DNA of 63,594 bases, the filler included, from Octopus bimaculoides (lineage: Eukaryota): assembly GCF_001194135.2 (NCBI RefSeq). It is 10 parts of 8 records of this genome, joined end to end, with 100 filler letters (N's around TTAATTAATTAA, not from the genome) between each part and the next. Parts side by side here need not be neighbours in the genome. Positions count along the whole stretch, not along the records: positions 1 to 17,117 come from NC_069000.1; 9 more parts are not named here. The stretch is one strand, 5' to 3'. A model generated the notes under the pieces. That model saw nothing but the letters and a program-made list of their open reading frames with translations. It had not been told where the DNA came from and searched no databases. A program made the position numbers and the translations under genes. Below, one piece after another: positions 1 to 13,167 of the stretch (position 1 is its first letter; the number at the start of each line of letters is the position of its first letter).

Positions 1-130
1 ATATATATATATATGTATATATATATACTGTTGTGTTTGGGGAGAGTCATTCTCTTTTAGTGCCTTATAATATATATACATACATACATACATACATACA
101 TACATACATACATACATGCATACATACATA
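1..130. repeat. (TA)n/(TACA)n microsatellites
   Basis: Direct reading; (TACA)n run at about 75-130. Confidence 0.95.
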
Positions 131-772
131 TTTGTGCAAACAACTCTTGCTTCCAAAGCTATTTGTCTTTGCGTATTTGTAACTCGTCCGACATTATGGC
201 TGACGCGAGAGAAAACTGTTATTTCAATTGTATAAACTGATAAACTGGATGTTTATGGTTTATGTCTTGTTCTCTTGTAGTGCCTTTTATATGCGGAAAT
301 GTCTTCCTAATGAATATTATATAACGATAATTCTTAGTTATTACCGGTAAAGTGTTCGTTTAATAGCGGAGACCTTGCGGCGTTTCGATGCTGTTTACAT
401 TGTTTCCATGTCCTATCGTTGTCAGAGTTTGCTGTTGCTGTCACCGTCGACACCGCGACTACAGCCGTCGTCTCCACTGTAGTTATGGCGGTAATGACTA
501 GAGCTGTTGTGTTGCTGTGTTGTTATCGTCGCTATAGTTGCCACTTCGCTTGTTTGCTGTGATATGTCCATATTATTAATTCAGGTTCATTTAATTTTGT
601 TGTTGCTGCAGCTGCTGTCGTTGTTGTTGTTGTTATCTTACCAACCCCGTACTTTCCCGAACATGTACGAATGTATTTCTGACTCGTTAGCCTTACTCTA
701 TTCACTTCTACCTCACCGTCACTTTCTTGCTTTTTTTACTCGATTTAATCCTCCCATATTTTCAAAAATGTG

Positions 773-774
<2 letters not shown>

Positions 775-831
<57 letters not shown>

Positions 832-855
832 GTCTGTTTGTCTATCTGTCTATCT
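775..855. repeat. (TCTA)n microsatellite
   Basis: Direct reading; source of the LSIY-repeat ORFs. Confidence 0.95.
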
Positions 856-1699
856 GCCTACCGATCGATCGTTTTGTCTGTCTTTGTATACATACGGATG
901 TATGTATGTATGCATGTATGGATGGATGTGTAAAAGCGTGTGTTTATGGGCGAGCGTATCTGTATATGTGCTTCTGTGCATGTTTAGACTATACCAGCTA
1001 TGTATTTTGCGTGTGTGTGTTTATATATGAATATATAAACATACGCGTATGCATACGTACACACNNNNNNNNNNNNNNNNNNNNNNNNNNNNNNNNNNNN
1101 NNNNNNNNNNNNNNNNNNNNNNNNNNNNNNNNNNNNNNNNNNNNNNNNNNNNNNNNNNNNNNNNNNNNNNNNNNNNNNNNNNNNNNNNNNNNNNNNNNNN
1201 NNNNNNNNNNNNNNNNNNNNNNNNNNNNNNNNNNNNNNNNNNNNNNNNNNNNNNNNNNNNNNNNNNNNNNNNNNNNNNNNNNNNNNNNNNNNNNNNNNNN
1301 NNNNNNNNNNNNNNNNNNNNNNNNNNNNNNNNNNNNNNNNNNNNNNNNNNNNNNNNNNNNNNNNNNNNNNNNNNNNNNNNNNNNNNNNNNNNNNNNNNNN
1401 NNNNNNNNNNNNNNNNNNNNNNNNNNNNNNNNNNNNNNNNNNNNNNNNNNNNNNNNNNNNNNNNNNNTCCTCCTCTCCAGTATAGATTTCCGAAGTGAAA
1501 TGACCTACGGGTGTTATGAATTGATAAAGACCGCGCTAAAAGTGTTCCTCTTTGCATTTACATTGTCAAACATACAAGTTTTCATCAATTTAACGAGCAC
1601 CATGAGGCTGACAAGAGTCATGTGGGTGCGACCAATGAAAACCCAACAATGTGTGTGTGTGTGTGTGTGTGCCTGTGTGTCTGTATATGTGTCTGTATA

Positions 1700-2470
1700 T
1701 TTTTGAATGTATATATACTTATACATATATACATACATACGTACATCCCCCTCCCTCCCTGACTCCCTCCATTCATTCATCCATACATCCATATATATAT
1801 ATGTATGTGTGTGTGTGTACAAACAGGGATACACGATGATGCATTTATATATTATACATATTATGGATATATACATATATATATACACACACACATATAC
1901 TCTCACTCACACACTCACTCATACACACATACATACATACACACACATACATACATACATACAAACATACATGCATACATACACGTACACACATACATAC
2001 ATACATACACACATACATACATACATACATACATGTATACATACATACATGCATACATACATACATACATACATACATACATACATGCATACATACATGC
2101 ACGTACACACATACATACATACATACACACNNNNNNNNNNNNNNNNNNNNNNNNNNNNNNNNNNNNNNNNNNNNNNNNNNNNNNNNNNNNNNNNNNNNNN
2201 NNNNNNNNNNNNNNACATACATACATACATACATACATGTATACATACATACATGCATACATACATACATACATGCATGCATGCATACATACATACGTAC
2301 ACACACATACATGCATACATGCATACGTACATACATACATACATACATACATACATGCATACATACACACATACATACATACATACATACGTACATACAC
2401 ACACACACACATACATACACACACACATACATACATACATACATACATACTATCGTACATACGCGCGCAT
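1700..2470. repeat. Compound (TACA)n/(CA)n microsatellite field with an internal gap
   Basis: Direct reading. Confidence 0.95.
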
Positions 2471-2893
2471 ACATATAACGCCCTCGACCAATTTTGTCAT
2501 TTAAACCTTACTCATCCGAAATTCCTCCTCAACACCTCGACATGGCACCTAATGAATATGTCTTCTTGAGATTTTGTTCTGCAACTGGAGTTGTACCAAA
2601 CACTGACCTTCACACCACCACCACCACCACCACTGTCAACCCTATTGCTATCTGTAATCCATCTATATCTGTCAAGTGTCTCTGTTATCTCTCTCTCTCT
2701 TTTTCTTTCTCTCTCTCTTTCACTCACTCTGCCTCTCATTGTCATTCTCTCTCTCTCTCTTTTCCCCTAAGTACCAGGCATCTAATTGCTACATTAACAT
2801 TAGACACGATGGACATTAAAGGACCTCGAGCACAGGAGACCTGGTTATTAAACTGATATATAAGTATGCGTTTCTGTGCATGTGTGCGAGTGG

Positions 2894-2959
<66 letters not shown>

Positions 2960-3239
2960 NNNNNNNNNNNNNNNNNNNNNNNNNNNNNNNNNNNNNNNNN
3001 NNNNNNNNNNNNNNNNNNNNNNNNNNNNNNNNNNNNNNNNNNNNNNNNNNNNNNNNNNNNNNNNNNNNNNNNNNNNNNNNNNNNNNNNNNNNNNNNNNNN
3101 NNNNNNNNNNNNNNNNNNNNNNNNNNNNNNNNNNNNNNNNNNNNNNNNNNNNNNNNNNNNNNNNNNNNNNNNNNNNNNNNNNNNACATACACATACACAC
3201 ATACATATACAAACATAACCAGCTACCGAGCTAGCTACA

Positions 3240-3292
<53 letters not shown>

Positions 3293-3599
3293 CCATCTTT
3301 TTCTCTTCCTTACTTTCTCTTTGGCTGTATATATAATTGTGTGTGTTTTGTATGTGCATATTAACGTGTTTACCCTTAAGCCGGGCTGCATATGCACATG
3401 TGGTAATTGTGAAGGTGCACATATGTGCATCTGACGTTCGTCATTCAAATACCACTCATCTTCACGACTATCTCTTCACCAAACCTTCTCAATTACCCAA
3501 CATACAACCAACCAGGCAACACACCACCCCTAAACTCAGAAAGCCACTTCAACACCAACAACGGCATATGGTGTCAGACATTAGCGAGTTAACGTGGAC

Positions 3600-3870
3600 A
3601 TGGCAATCAAGATGATGGTGAAGGTGATGATAATGATGATGACGTTGTTGTTGATGATGATGATGATGGTGATGGTGATGTTGATGGTGATGACGTTGTT
3701 GATGATTTGCAATGATGATAAACGTGATGATGACAATGATGATGATACTGATGGTGATACTGATCATCATCATCACCGTCGTCGTCATCGTCGTCGTCAT
3801 CATCGTCGTCATCGTATCGCTGTCGTTGTCGCCGCCACCGTCGTCGTTGTCATCGTCGTCATCTTCATCG

Positions 3871-3902
<32 letters not shown>

Positions 3903-3960
3903 GTCGTTGTCGTCGTCGTCGTCGTCGTCGTCAACAACCGCAGCAGCAACAGCAACCACA
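3600..3960. repeat. (GAT)n/(CAT)n/(CGT)n trinucleotide field
   Basis: Direct reading. Confidence 0.9.
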
Positions 3961-4969
3961 AAAACAAGAACAAAGCTAGAAGAGAAGCAATGTGGAAATG
4001 AGCATTGGCAACTACTATTATAAGAACAAGAATAAGCATTTCTGCCTTTCCGAACGAATATGACAGCAAGACCTTATTTCCTATTCTTAATTCAACAATA
4101 GACGAGGAACGCAATGGCATAGCCATTGGGTCACTGCATAGCCTTAGGTACGCCAATTATTATTTGAACAACACATAAGTCATCATAAAAAATGTCTGAT
4201 ATAGGCGTAGGAAATTAATAATTCAATGGAAAGAATATTTCAGAATGAAAATAAAATCAACGAACTTTGAAATTATCATTGTATTCGCCGCAATTTCAAA
4301 TATGGACTACGAGTTAACGTAAGTTTTACATCTCGAAATTTCGTAGATGTTTTCTCAGCTATTAAGTCATAAATTTATTAATTTATTCGTCACAGCACAC
4401 ACACGTACGCGCACACATGTACACACACACACATACACACACACACACACATACACACACACTCACATACACACACACATTAATTGACGTCATAAGAATT
4501 TATAAACTCTTGAGAGAACGTGAACTAATTCTTTTCTTGCACAATGAATCTTGAAGCACCTGAAGCACCTGAAGCACTGCACCATGTAAAGTATTGCAGT
4601 GAAATTCCCTTTTGGAAAGGAAAGCCAAAGGCTTCCCTTGGGACTTTAAGTCATATAAAACTGAAGCAATATGTTATTCAAAAGTTTATGTAACTCCTAC
4701 CAAATTTTGAGAGACACTTTCTTTCGTTTTCCCACTTACTCGCGTAGACACACATACACACATACACACAATCAAACATACATACATATATATATATACA
4801 TACATACACACACACATACACACAAATACATACAAACATACATACATACATACATACATACATACATACATACATACATACCTATGCATACATACGCACT
4901 TCAACATCAAGAGTCGAAGTGCATAAAAGGGACAGAGACGCAGAAAAAGCAGCAAAGTGTGATAACTGA

Positions 4970-5790
4970 TGCAGACTTAGTGGAGTTAACACCGAAGATA
5001 TCACTCACATCATAAGCAGTTGTCTGAAAATGGCATCACGGTATTATCTATCGATGGGACATGATGTAGCTAAGAAACTGTTTAATGAGATCCGTCGGAA
5101 GGATAACCCCGTAGACAAAGAAATAGGAACCTACAGTATGGTAGAAGCCATAGCCACTCATAATAAAAAGGAATACTGGTGGAATGTCCCAGGGAAAACC
5201 TCAATAAAATGTAAACGTAATAGATGTGATATAATGATTTGAGATAGAGAGAAGAGAAACTGTGTACAGTTGTGCAAGTCAGCTAGCTGCCCAGCAGATG
5301 TTAAGATAAAGCTGAAGATCAGTGAAAAAGAAAATACCTATGCTGAACAATTGAGAAATCTATAGCTACTCTAACCAGATTACAAGTTTAGGTTCATACC
5401 TGTAATTATTGTAACACACTGCCTAAATACCAATCTTTAAGAAATAGGCTTCGAAGACTATAGATCCAAGCCAACACTGGAACTGTAAAAATCTGTAAAA
5501 CTTTCCAGAAATTTATCATTTAAGTATATTTGAGCATGTCTAGACATGCAACTACATGTATGAGAAGACATACATCAAACAAAGCATATAAATCTGCATG
5601 TATACATACATAAAAACATACATGCATACATATATACATACATAATACATACATACATACATACATATCCTATTGATGTTGTTGAAATTCCAATTCAGGA
5701 GCCTTGGATCTAGGCTAGAAAGCAGCTTTTGCGCTATTAGCAAGAAATCTTGAAATAAAACTGAATAATGAAATACATACGTATATACAT
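4970..5790 (+). mobile_element. 3' portion of an RLE-type non-LTR retrotransposon (CRE/NeSL/R4-like), decayed, with 3' UTR ending in (TACA)n
   Basis: Manual translation from 4970: CRLSGVNTEDITHIISSC (degenerate CCHC knuckle), SRYYLSMGHDVAK, EYWWNVPGKTSIKCKRNRCDIMI*DREK (PD-(D/E)xK-like region), ISEKENTYAEQLRNL, YKFRFIPVII, GTVKICKTFQKF. Several stops and frameshifts. Confidence 0.85.
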
Positions 5791-6539
5791 ATCCATCCAT
5801 CCATACATTCATATATACATAAGTGTGTGTGTGTGTGTGTGTGTTCGTGCGCGTGTGCGTGCGCGTGTGCATGCGTTTAGTAGAAAAAAAAAAACAAGCG
5901 TGATAGAATTCAAAATAATTCTATTAATTTTGATCGGCAGTAAGTTACAAAAATGACTCAAAGGCCGAGAGTTTTGTATATTGCTCCTTATCAAACTTTG
6001 ACAAGGTTCATGCACCAAACCTTCGACCATTGAGAAACTTTTATAACTTTCTACCTATTTTTCTTATTCATATTTATATTTTTCTGATTCCTTGACTTTN
6101 NNNNNNNNNNNNNNNNNNNNNNNNNNNNNNNNNNNNNNNNNNNNNNNNNNNNNNNNNNNNNNNNNNNNNNNNNNNNNNNNNNNNNNNNNNNNNNNNNNNN
6201 NNNNNNNNNNNNNNNNNNNNNNNNNNNNNNNNNNNNNNNNNNNNNNNNNNNNNNNNNNNNNNNNNNNNNNNNNNNNNNCTTTCTACCTATTTTTCTTATT
6301 CATATTTATATTTTTCTGATTCCTTGACTTTGTTCATTATTTATTTATTTATTTACTTTATTGTATTAATCTACAGCTTCTTTCACTGTATCTGTACTGA
6401 TCTACGGGCATTGCCTCCTTACAGCAAAACATTATTGGTAACCAGTGAATACAGCTATCGTCTGTGATATATATATTGAGACAGCTTGCTCTCTGTAGAA
6501 TCGTTCTGAAGATTATTCTGCTATAGTTTTCAACATACT

Positions 6540-6630
6540 TGTATATTTGCGTGCACATATATTTTATATTTGCGTGCACATATATTTTATATTTGCATGC
6601 ACATATATTTTATATTTGTGTGCACATATA
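6540..6630. repeat. About 24-bp minisatellite (TATATTTGCGTGCACATATATTT-like), roughly 4 copies
   Basis: Direct reading. Confidence 0.8.
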
Positions 6631-6656
6631 TCTATATATATAAAAATGAGAATGTG

Positions 6657-6715
<59 letters not shown>

Positions 6716-7708
6716 GTGAATCCCTAAAACTCGAGAACTACGCAACCAATTTCATTCAAATTTTACACATGCCTTACTTAGGGTTCCAGTTGTGTTTTAG
6801 TCAAAATAAATTATTAACTTNNNNNNNNNNNNNNNNNNNNNNNNNNNNNNNNNNNNNNNNNNNNNNNNNNNNNNNNNNNNNNNNNNNNNNNNNNNNNNNN
6901 NNNNNNNNNNNNNNNNNNNNNNNNNNNNNNNNNNNNNNNNNNNNNNNNNNNNNNNNNNNNNNNNNNNNNNNNNNNNNNNNNNNNNNNNNNNNNNNNNNNN
7001 NNNNNNNNNNNNNNNNNNNNNNNNNNNNNNNNNNNNNNNNNNNNNNNNNNNNNNNNNNNNNNNNNNNNNNNNNNNNNNNNNNNNNNNNNNNNNNNNNNNN
7101 NNNNNNNNNNNNNNNNNNNNNNNNNNNNNNNNNNNNNNNNNNNNNNNNNNNNNNNNNNNNNNNNNNNNNNNNNNNNNNNNNNNNNNNNNNNNNNNNNNNN
7201 NNNNNNNNNNNNNNNNNNNNNNNNNNNNNNNNNNNNNNNNNNNNNNNNNNNNNNNNNNNNNNNNNNNNNNNNNNNNNNNNNNNNNNNNNNNNNNNNNNNN
7301 NNNNNNNNNNNNNNNNNNNNNNNNNNNNNNNNNNNNNNNNNNNNNNNNNNNNNNNNNNNNNNNNNNNNNNNNNNNNNNNNNNNNNNNNNNNNNNNNNNNN
7401 NNNNNNNNNNNNNNNNNNNNNNNNNNNNNNNNNNNNNNNNNNNNNNNNNNNNNNNNNNNNNNNNNNNNNNNNNNNNNNNNNNNNNNNNNNNNNNNNNNNN
7501 NNNNNNNNNNNNNNNNNNNNNNNNNNNNNNNNNNNNNNNNNNNNNNNNNNNNNNNNNNNNNNNNNNNNNNNNNNNNNNNNNNNNNNNNNNNNNNNNNNNN
7601 NNNNNNNNNNNNNNNNNNNNNNNNNNNNNNNNNNNNNNNNNNNNNNNNNNNNNNNNNNNNNNNNNNNNNNNNNNNNNNNNNNNNNNNNNNNNNNNNNNNN
7701 NNNNNNNN

Positions 7709-7761
<53 letters not shown>

Positions 7762-8019
7762 AATAGATAGATATATATTGTATAAGTTAAAACATTCATA
7801 GAACCAGCTTAGGTCCTATTACCTATAAGTTGCTTATATTGTCGCACGGAGAAGAACAAAAGAGGATTTTGTTTATCTCCACGCGACAATGTAAACAACT
7901 TATAGGTAATTGGACTTGGAGATTACCTATGCTGGTTCTATGTAGGTTTCTCCCCTTCAAATACACGAGGGCGCGCACATATGTGTGTCTATGTGTGTGC
8001 GATTGTGTGGGTCTGTCTT

Positions 8020-8190
8020 TGTGTGTTCGTCTTTGTTGTCTCCCAGACTGCTTGACAACCGTTGTTGGTTTGTTTACGTTCCCGTAACTTAACAATTCGG
8101 TAAAAGAGACCTGTAGAATAAATACCAGATTTAAAAAAAAAAATTATTATAAGTCCTTGGGTCGATTGTTCAACTAAAGATAAGAGGTAA
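8020..8190 (+). mobile_element. SINE family B, 3' half
   Basis: gcttgacaaccg..gtttacgttcccgtaactta..gtccttgggtcgat matches the copies at 16148, 32513, 34291 and 41407. Confidence 0.8.
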
Positions 8191-9312
8191 AAAATAAAGT
8201 GTTATGTTTGACGTCATCTATTGAGAAGGAGAGGTTATGTCAACTTGACAACGCCACAGTAGCAGAGTACTCTTGACATCACAAAGGTCACGTGATAGTA
8301 AACCGCATTGAGTAACCAAGGACAAGGAAACGTTTCGTGATAGAGCATCACGAATTTTAATCGTCAGTGTAATAATTTTCGATTTTTACCCATAATTTTC
8401 GTGTTTTATAATAAATTCATAAGCTATGAGTCAGTTTCCAGCGCGAATCATTTACTGTAAAGAAATGTTGCCGCTTTTCGTCAGCCTCAGCTATCACATA
8501 AGCTTCTTTTTTTTTCTATCGCATAACGATTTTTCTTGGCATGAGTATTCGAACAGTAAATGTCATAGGCCTCCATCTCTTTATAGAAACTTGCCCCGAC
8601 AGCCGACTCATAGATTTCTGTTTCAATGGTTAACAGCATATTTTCATCTTCGTAATACTTACTTTAATCAATGATTGCTGTTTCTCTGGAAGCAGAAACT
8701 AGGCATAAATTGAAGGTATCTTATTCTTTCAGAGAAGCAGGAAACCTATCATAAATAATAAAATCAGTTATACAAAATACGGTTTATTATTAGGCCTGGT
8801 TATTTCTATAAGTGGAGTTAAACGTGAGGAGTCAGGATGAAGTTCGTTATGGCTAATTTGATAATCTAGAATGCAGGTAGATTTAGGTGAAAATTTACAT
8901 TTATTGTTATTCAATGTTACGACCAACTTCTAGGAATTTAAATAAATTGTAGATACGTTTCTCTTGGGTGTTACCAAATATGGCGATGTCACCTAAATAG
9001 ACGTACATCCTTCCTATTGGTTTTCACAAATAAGTTTGTCTACAGTTCCTTGCAAATATTCAATACTATTTCTAAGAAGTTTAAATTGAGACAACTGATC
9101 GCTACTCACCAAACTAGTAAGACCAGCGGAATATAATGCTTCACAATATTTCTTTATTAGCAAAGGTAATATAAGTGAAGCCATCGATATCATACCATTG
9201 AAGACTTTAGTCGACCATCTTTGGATATGCAAAGTTGTGGCGAAATTTTCAGAACTACTCGTACCAAAAAAATCGCTTTAGAGAAGTTCCATACCCTACG
9301 TAAGTCGATATC

Positions 9313-9962
9313 AATAAATATTGATTTCAAATTTTGGTACAAGGTCAGCTATTCCAAGGGAGCGAGTAAGTCGATTACATCGACCCCAATAGTGCTCGAC
9401 TGGTACTTATTTTATCGATCTCGAAAGGATGAAAAGCAAAGTCGAACTCGGCGGAATTTGAACTCGGAATGTAAAGACGGGTGAAATGCCGTTCTGCATT
9501 TTGTCCGGCGCGCCAACGATTCTGCCACCTCATCACCATCATATTAATAAATATTGATTTCAAATTTTGGCACGAAGCCAGCGAACTCGGGGGAGGGGTA
9601 AGTCGCTTACATCGACCCTAGTACTCGATTGGTACTTATTTTATGGACTCTGAACTCAGAACGTAAAGACGGACGAGATGTCATTAAGCATTTTGCCTGG
9701 CGTGCTAATGATCCTGCCAGATCGCCGTCTTAATATTCACAGATATTGAGAGAAAAATATTCAGTTAATTAAGACGTCTCGGGTGAGTAAGCGTCTAAGT
9801 TAATGTATTAATATTTTCAGAGTAGTAATTTCGCTGAGGTCGACTTTGCTTTTCCTCCTTTCGGGGTCGATAAATTAAGTACCAGATACACATTGGAGTG
9901 GATGTAATCGACTCATTCTCTGCGAAATTGCTCGCTCTGCGCCAAAATTTGAAATCAATATT
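9313..9962. mobile_element. Three SINE family M copies (MetaSINE-like core): 9313-9538 (-), 9543-9730 (-), 9800-9962 (+)
   Basis: Core gaggtcgactttgc(c/t)tttc(a/c)tcctttcggggtcgataaa.taagtaccag and tRNA-like head ggcagaatcgttagc..gagttcaaattccgcc. The resemblance to the Meta domain is from memory and was not aligned. Confidence 0.8.
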
Positions 9963-10582
9963 TTCAGAGTAGTTTATCATTAATCTCTTGTACTTTTGCT
10001 CGTCAGGTTGTAAAATTACTTAGTTCGGTTATGTTTGCTTTAAGTATTCCACAAATAAAATTTGGCGACAGACTAGAAAAGATTCTATGTGGATTAATTG
10101 ATAACGAAATTGAAAAGCAATCCCCACTCCATCCTCCCCCATTTAATTAGAGACCAACAAATTCTACATGAACAGATATATTGGGTATTTTTTTATTTGT
10201 AATTCTTCACAATATTTCTTTATTAGCAAAGGCAATACAAGTGAAGCCATCGATATCATATCCTTGAAAACATTAGTCAACCATCTTAGGATATGTAAAA
10301 TTGTGACGAAATCTTCAGGACTACTCGTACCAAAAAAATCGCTTTAGAGAAGTTCCATGAAAGACTACGCGAACGATAAAATCTTTGAACATTGAAAGTT
10401 TAGTCAGGTGCCGCATAGAAAATAGAAGTGCTCATTAGTTCTTTCGAATATCTACAGATCCTTGAAAAGAGTTCTCTCTTCTTAGATTTCAGCAAGAAGT
10501 AGTTTCGCTGGATAGACGTTTAGTATGATCATAACAATACAACCATTTCTTTTGCCATCATAATATTACATTATTTACTTAA

Positions 10583-11211
10583 CACATTGGCTCCCGCACG
10601 TCCTGTCGGTAAGTCGTGGTGATATGTTAGCGAGACCCGCACGATCCAACAGTGGGTCGTTTTTTAATTTCTTTCCTATGGGCTTTCTTTCTGAAAGCTG
10701 GTATGCTCCGATTGCTTTGATTTGTGCTTTTGCTGCGCTAAGAGAACAATTTTTTTTTGATTTTTTATATATATATATTTTGTTTTTCTTCTGATTTCAC
10801 CATGTAATGAGTTAAAATAAAAGATTGAGTATTGAGAAAATTTTATTTGCCATTGAAACAAAAATAGTCCTTTTTGAAAAACTTGGTATATTTTCCAGAA
10901 GGAAATGAAAAATATTTTACTTGCCATGGAAACCAGAATAATTCGTTGTGAAAAGATTTTGAGATCTTCCAATAGAAAATACACAAAATTTTTAATTGGC
11001 CACGGGTAGGTCGTGTGGTATCTGGCATGTGATATGAAGTAGGGTACCACACGACTCACCGGTGGGACATGGGTACCTAACACTACCTATGTGATCCTTG
11101 CCTCACATATGGTATAGTGTAAAAATATTACGCCGCTCATGTCAAAATCAATTAAGATATCGTATTGGGATCCTGGGATAAAACGTAAAGTGAGGCACGG
11201 GAGCCAACGTG
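10583..11211. mobile_element. Non-autonomous piggyBac-like element (MITE), 629 bp
   Basis: TTAA at 10579-82 and 11212-15; TIRs CACATTGGCTCCCG / CGGGAGCCAACGTG (14 bp, 1 mismatch); no coding capacity. Confidence 0.75.
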
Positions 11212-11289
11212 TTAAAATCATTTTTAACAACACCAGAAGGCGACTTCCACCTCGGATAAACATTCTGACACAGCTTCTATAGCGACACT

Positions 11290-11600
11290 ACCAAATTCTG
11301 AGGAGTCTGTTGCTGATTAGCATAAGCTTTGGTGGAAATATAGATGAATACTGTATACCTTCCTTGGTCTCGACCGAAGCTTTTGACATGGTCGACTAAG
11401 GGAATTTTATATTTCAAGTTGAATAACATAGGCATAACTTGAAGGTTGGATATGTGGGTTTCTGATTTCCTAAAAGAACAATACCAGGTGGTAGAAACTA
11501 ACGGATCCCACCTGCAAAGTCTATGGTAGTAAATAAAGTACCACAAGGTAACGTTATGGTTCTTTTCTGCTTATAACATGCCAGTTATAGACAAAATATA
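11290..11600 (+). mobile_element. CR1-like LINE reverse transcriptase fragment
   Basis: EAFDMVD*GI..KLNNIGI..WVSDFLK..QVVETNGS..VPQG matches RT motifs KAFDxVDH..WIxxFL..GVPQG; frameshifted. Confidence 0.75.
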
Positions 11601-11639
11601 CAATCTATCAGACTCTAACTATGAAGAGAACAGTAAGCA

Positions 11640-12825
11640 TCTTTGCTCGAATGCCAGCCAGTGTCTTTGATTAAAATCGTGATATCATCATTGAGTGGCA
11701 CATAACTGGATGTCAACACTAATAGAATTCAGTATAATATGCACAGCAGAAACCGTTCGATACCAGTAACTTGCTTACAGATAACGTTGTTAAAAACGGA
11801 ACGCGAAACAAGTGAGATGTGTTTAGTTTTTGAAACGTTCTGTTTCATCTATGATTAAACTTGAAAGGACCTAATCCAGTCATTTCTTCAGCTATTTCTT
11901 TTGTGATTGTTGATGTTCGGATAGAAAGAAACTCGTTCTGAATATCATGATAAAATATCTTGCCTATCAGTTTCGCTCCTTTACTTGGTTTGTGATCATA
12001 GAATGTGTACGAAACCAGGCTCACTATTTCTCACTCATCACCATGCCCTTGTTCATCATATTCACGACGTCTTGGTATCACCGGTTGTTGTGCCTTTAAT
12101 TGTAAAACAGAGCCAAAGTAGATTGGTAAATCTCTGTTTTCACGAACTTGTTTTGCTACAAGTTCGTTGGCTGTGAGCAGCACAAATGTATTTTTGCTTA
12201 AGTTTACAATAATCACTCTATTCAGAAGCAGCTGTGATAAAAGTTGGGTTGGGACCTCTGATTGATTGCCATATCCCCGTGTTTTTCCTAGCAGCAGCAG
12301 CATGCTTTCAGTTGTGAAAGCCTCTTATAGAGAACGCCTGCTAGTGTCCTACTTTTGATTTGTCCGAAAAATGTCTACCGCAAAAACAATACAGTGTATT
12401 ATTTGGTGAACCATATTCTAATCATTCATGTGATTTATAAAACTCTGGACTAAAATTCTGATAACTTGAACCATACAATATTTGTGGAAATTTTCCGAGC
12501 TGTAATTGTGGAATTTTCCGAGAAGGTTAATCGTTTAATTGTTAATGTCTTTGGAAAGAGGTTCCTGGATCAACTGATTAAGAAACATCAATTTCTGCAC
12601 AGAAGGGTATTTCTTTCTGATCACAGTACTCCTTTGTTATGTATACTTCATAGTCTGTACAGCGTGATGCACTTTCGTCACCCCTAACTGTTGAATCAAA
12701 TTTTTATTGAGACGATGATAAATTCTACTGAAGCTGACATCTAGAGGACATTTGGACTAGATGGCTGTTCAACATTTTCGGTAGTCGCAGCAAGCATCTT
12801 TTTTAATGAACTGTTCTATATCCAT
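11640..12825 (-). pseudogene. hAT transposase relic (ZnF_TTF + DUF4371, ZMYM1-like)
   Basis: MDIEQFIKK start at 12825; LEYG..LYCFCGRHF, RGFHN*KHA (TTF zinc finger); RENRD, DIQNEF, SLIIDET, KHISLVSR (DUF4371 with catalytic D). Many lesions. Confidence 0.75.
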
Positions 12826-13167
12826 TATATAATGATTTATAAAAAAAAGAAAAAGAAAAAAATCAACAGGTTGTTTATATATGTTTTTATTTAAAAAAAA
12901 AGTTCTGCTATGATAGTAATATGAGTTCAATTCTAGTCGGTATATATAGAAAATGAAGCAATGTAGAATGCAGAAAATCCAGAAACTAAAGAGACAGAAA
13001 CCAAAATGTAAAAAAGCTGACTTCTGTTCCACGAACTGATAAGACATCTAGCACAAAAATACTTCGAGAAAGATGCGAAAGTAAAATCACAAAAGTGGAA
13101 TGAATACGATATGTATGGGGGCCACATTAAGACTAAATTTGTAAGCTCAGTTGACATTCAGGAAGCA

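Noticed and set aside
507-3364. Long ORFs rich in YIHT/MYVC/LSIY/CV
   Set aside because: Translations of (TACA)n, (TCTA)n and (TG)n, often extended through N runs. The same applies to such ORFs throughout the window.
3549-4156. PolyD/H/M/V ORFs
   Set aside because: A trinucleotide microsatellite read in several frames, with no unique coding context. The same applies at 57225 and 60350.
6047-6331. Identical 53-bp sequence on both sides of a gap
   Set aside because: Most likely overlapping contig ends or a collapsed tandem repeat, i.e. an assembly artefact.
8205-8300. TGACGTCA (CRE) and CACGTG (E-box) close together
   Set aside because: Short motifs with no linked transcription start or gene; not supportable as a promoter.
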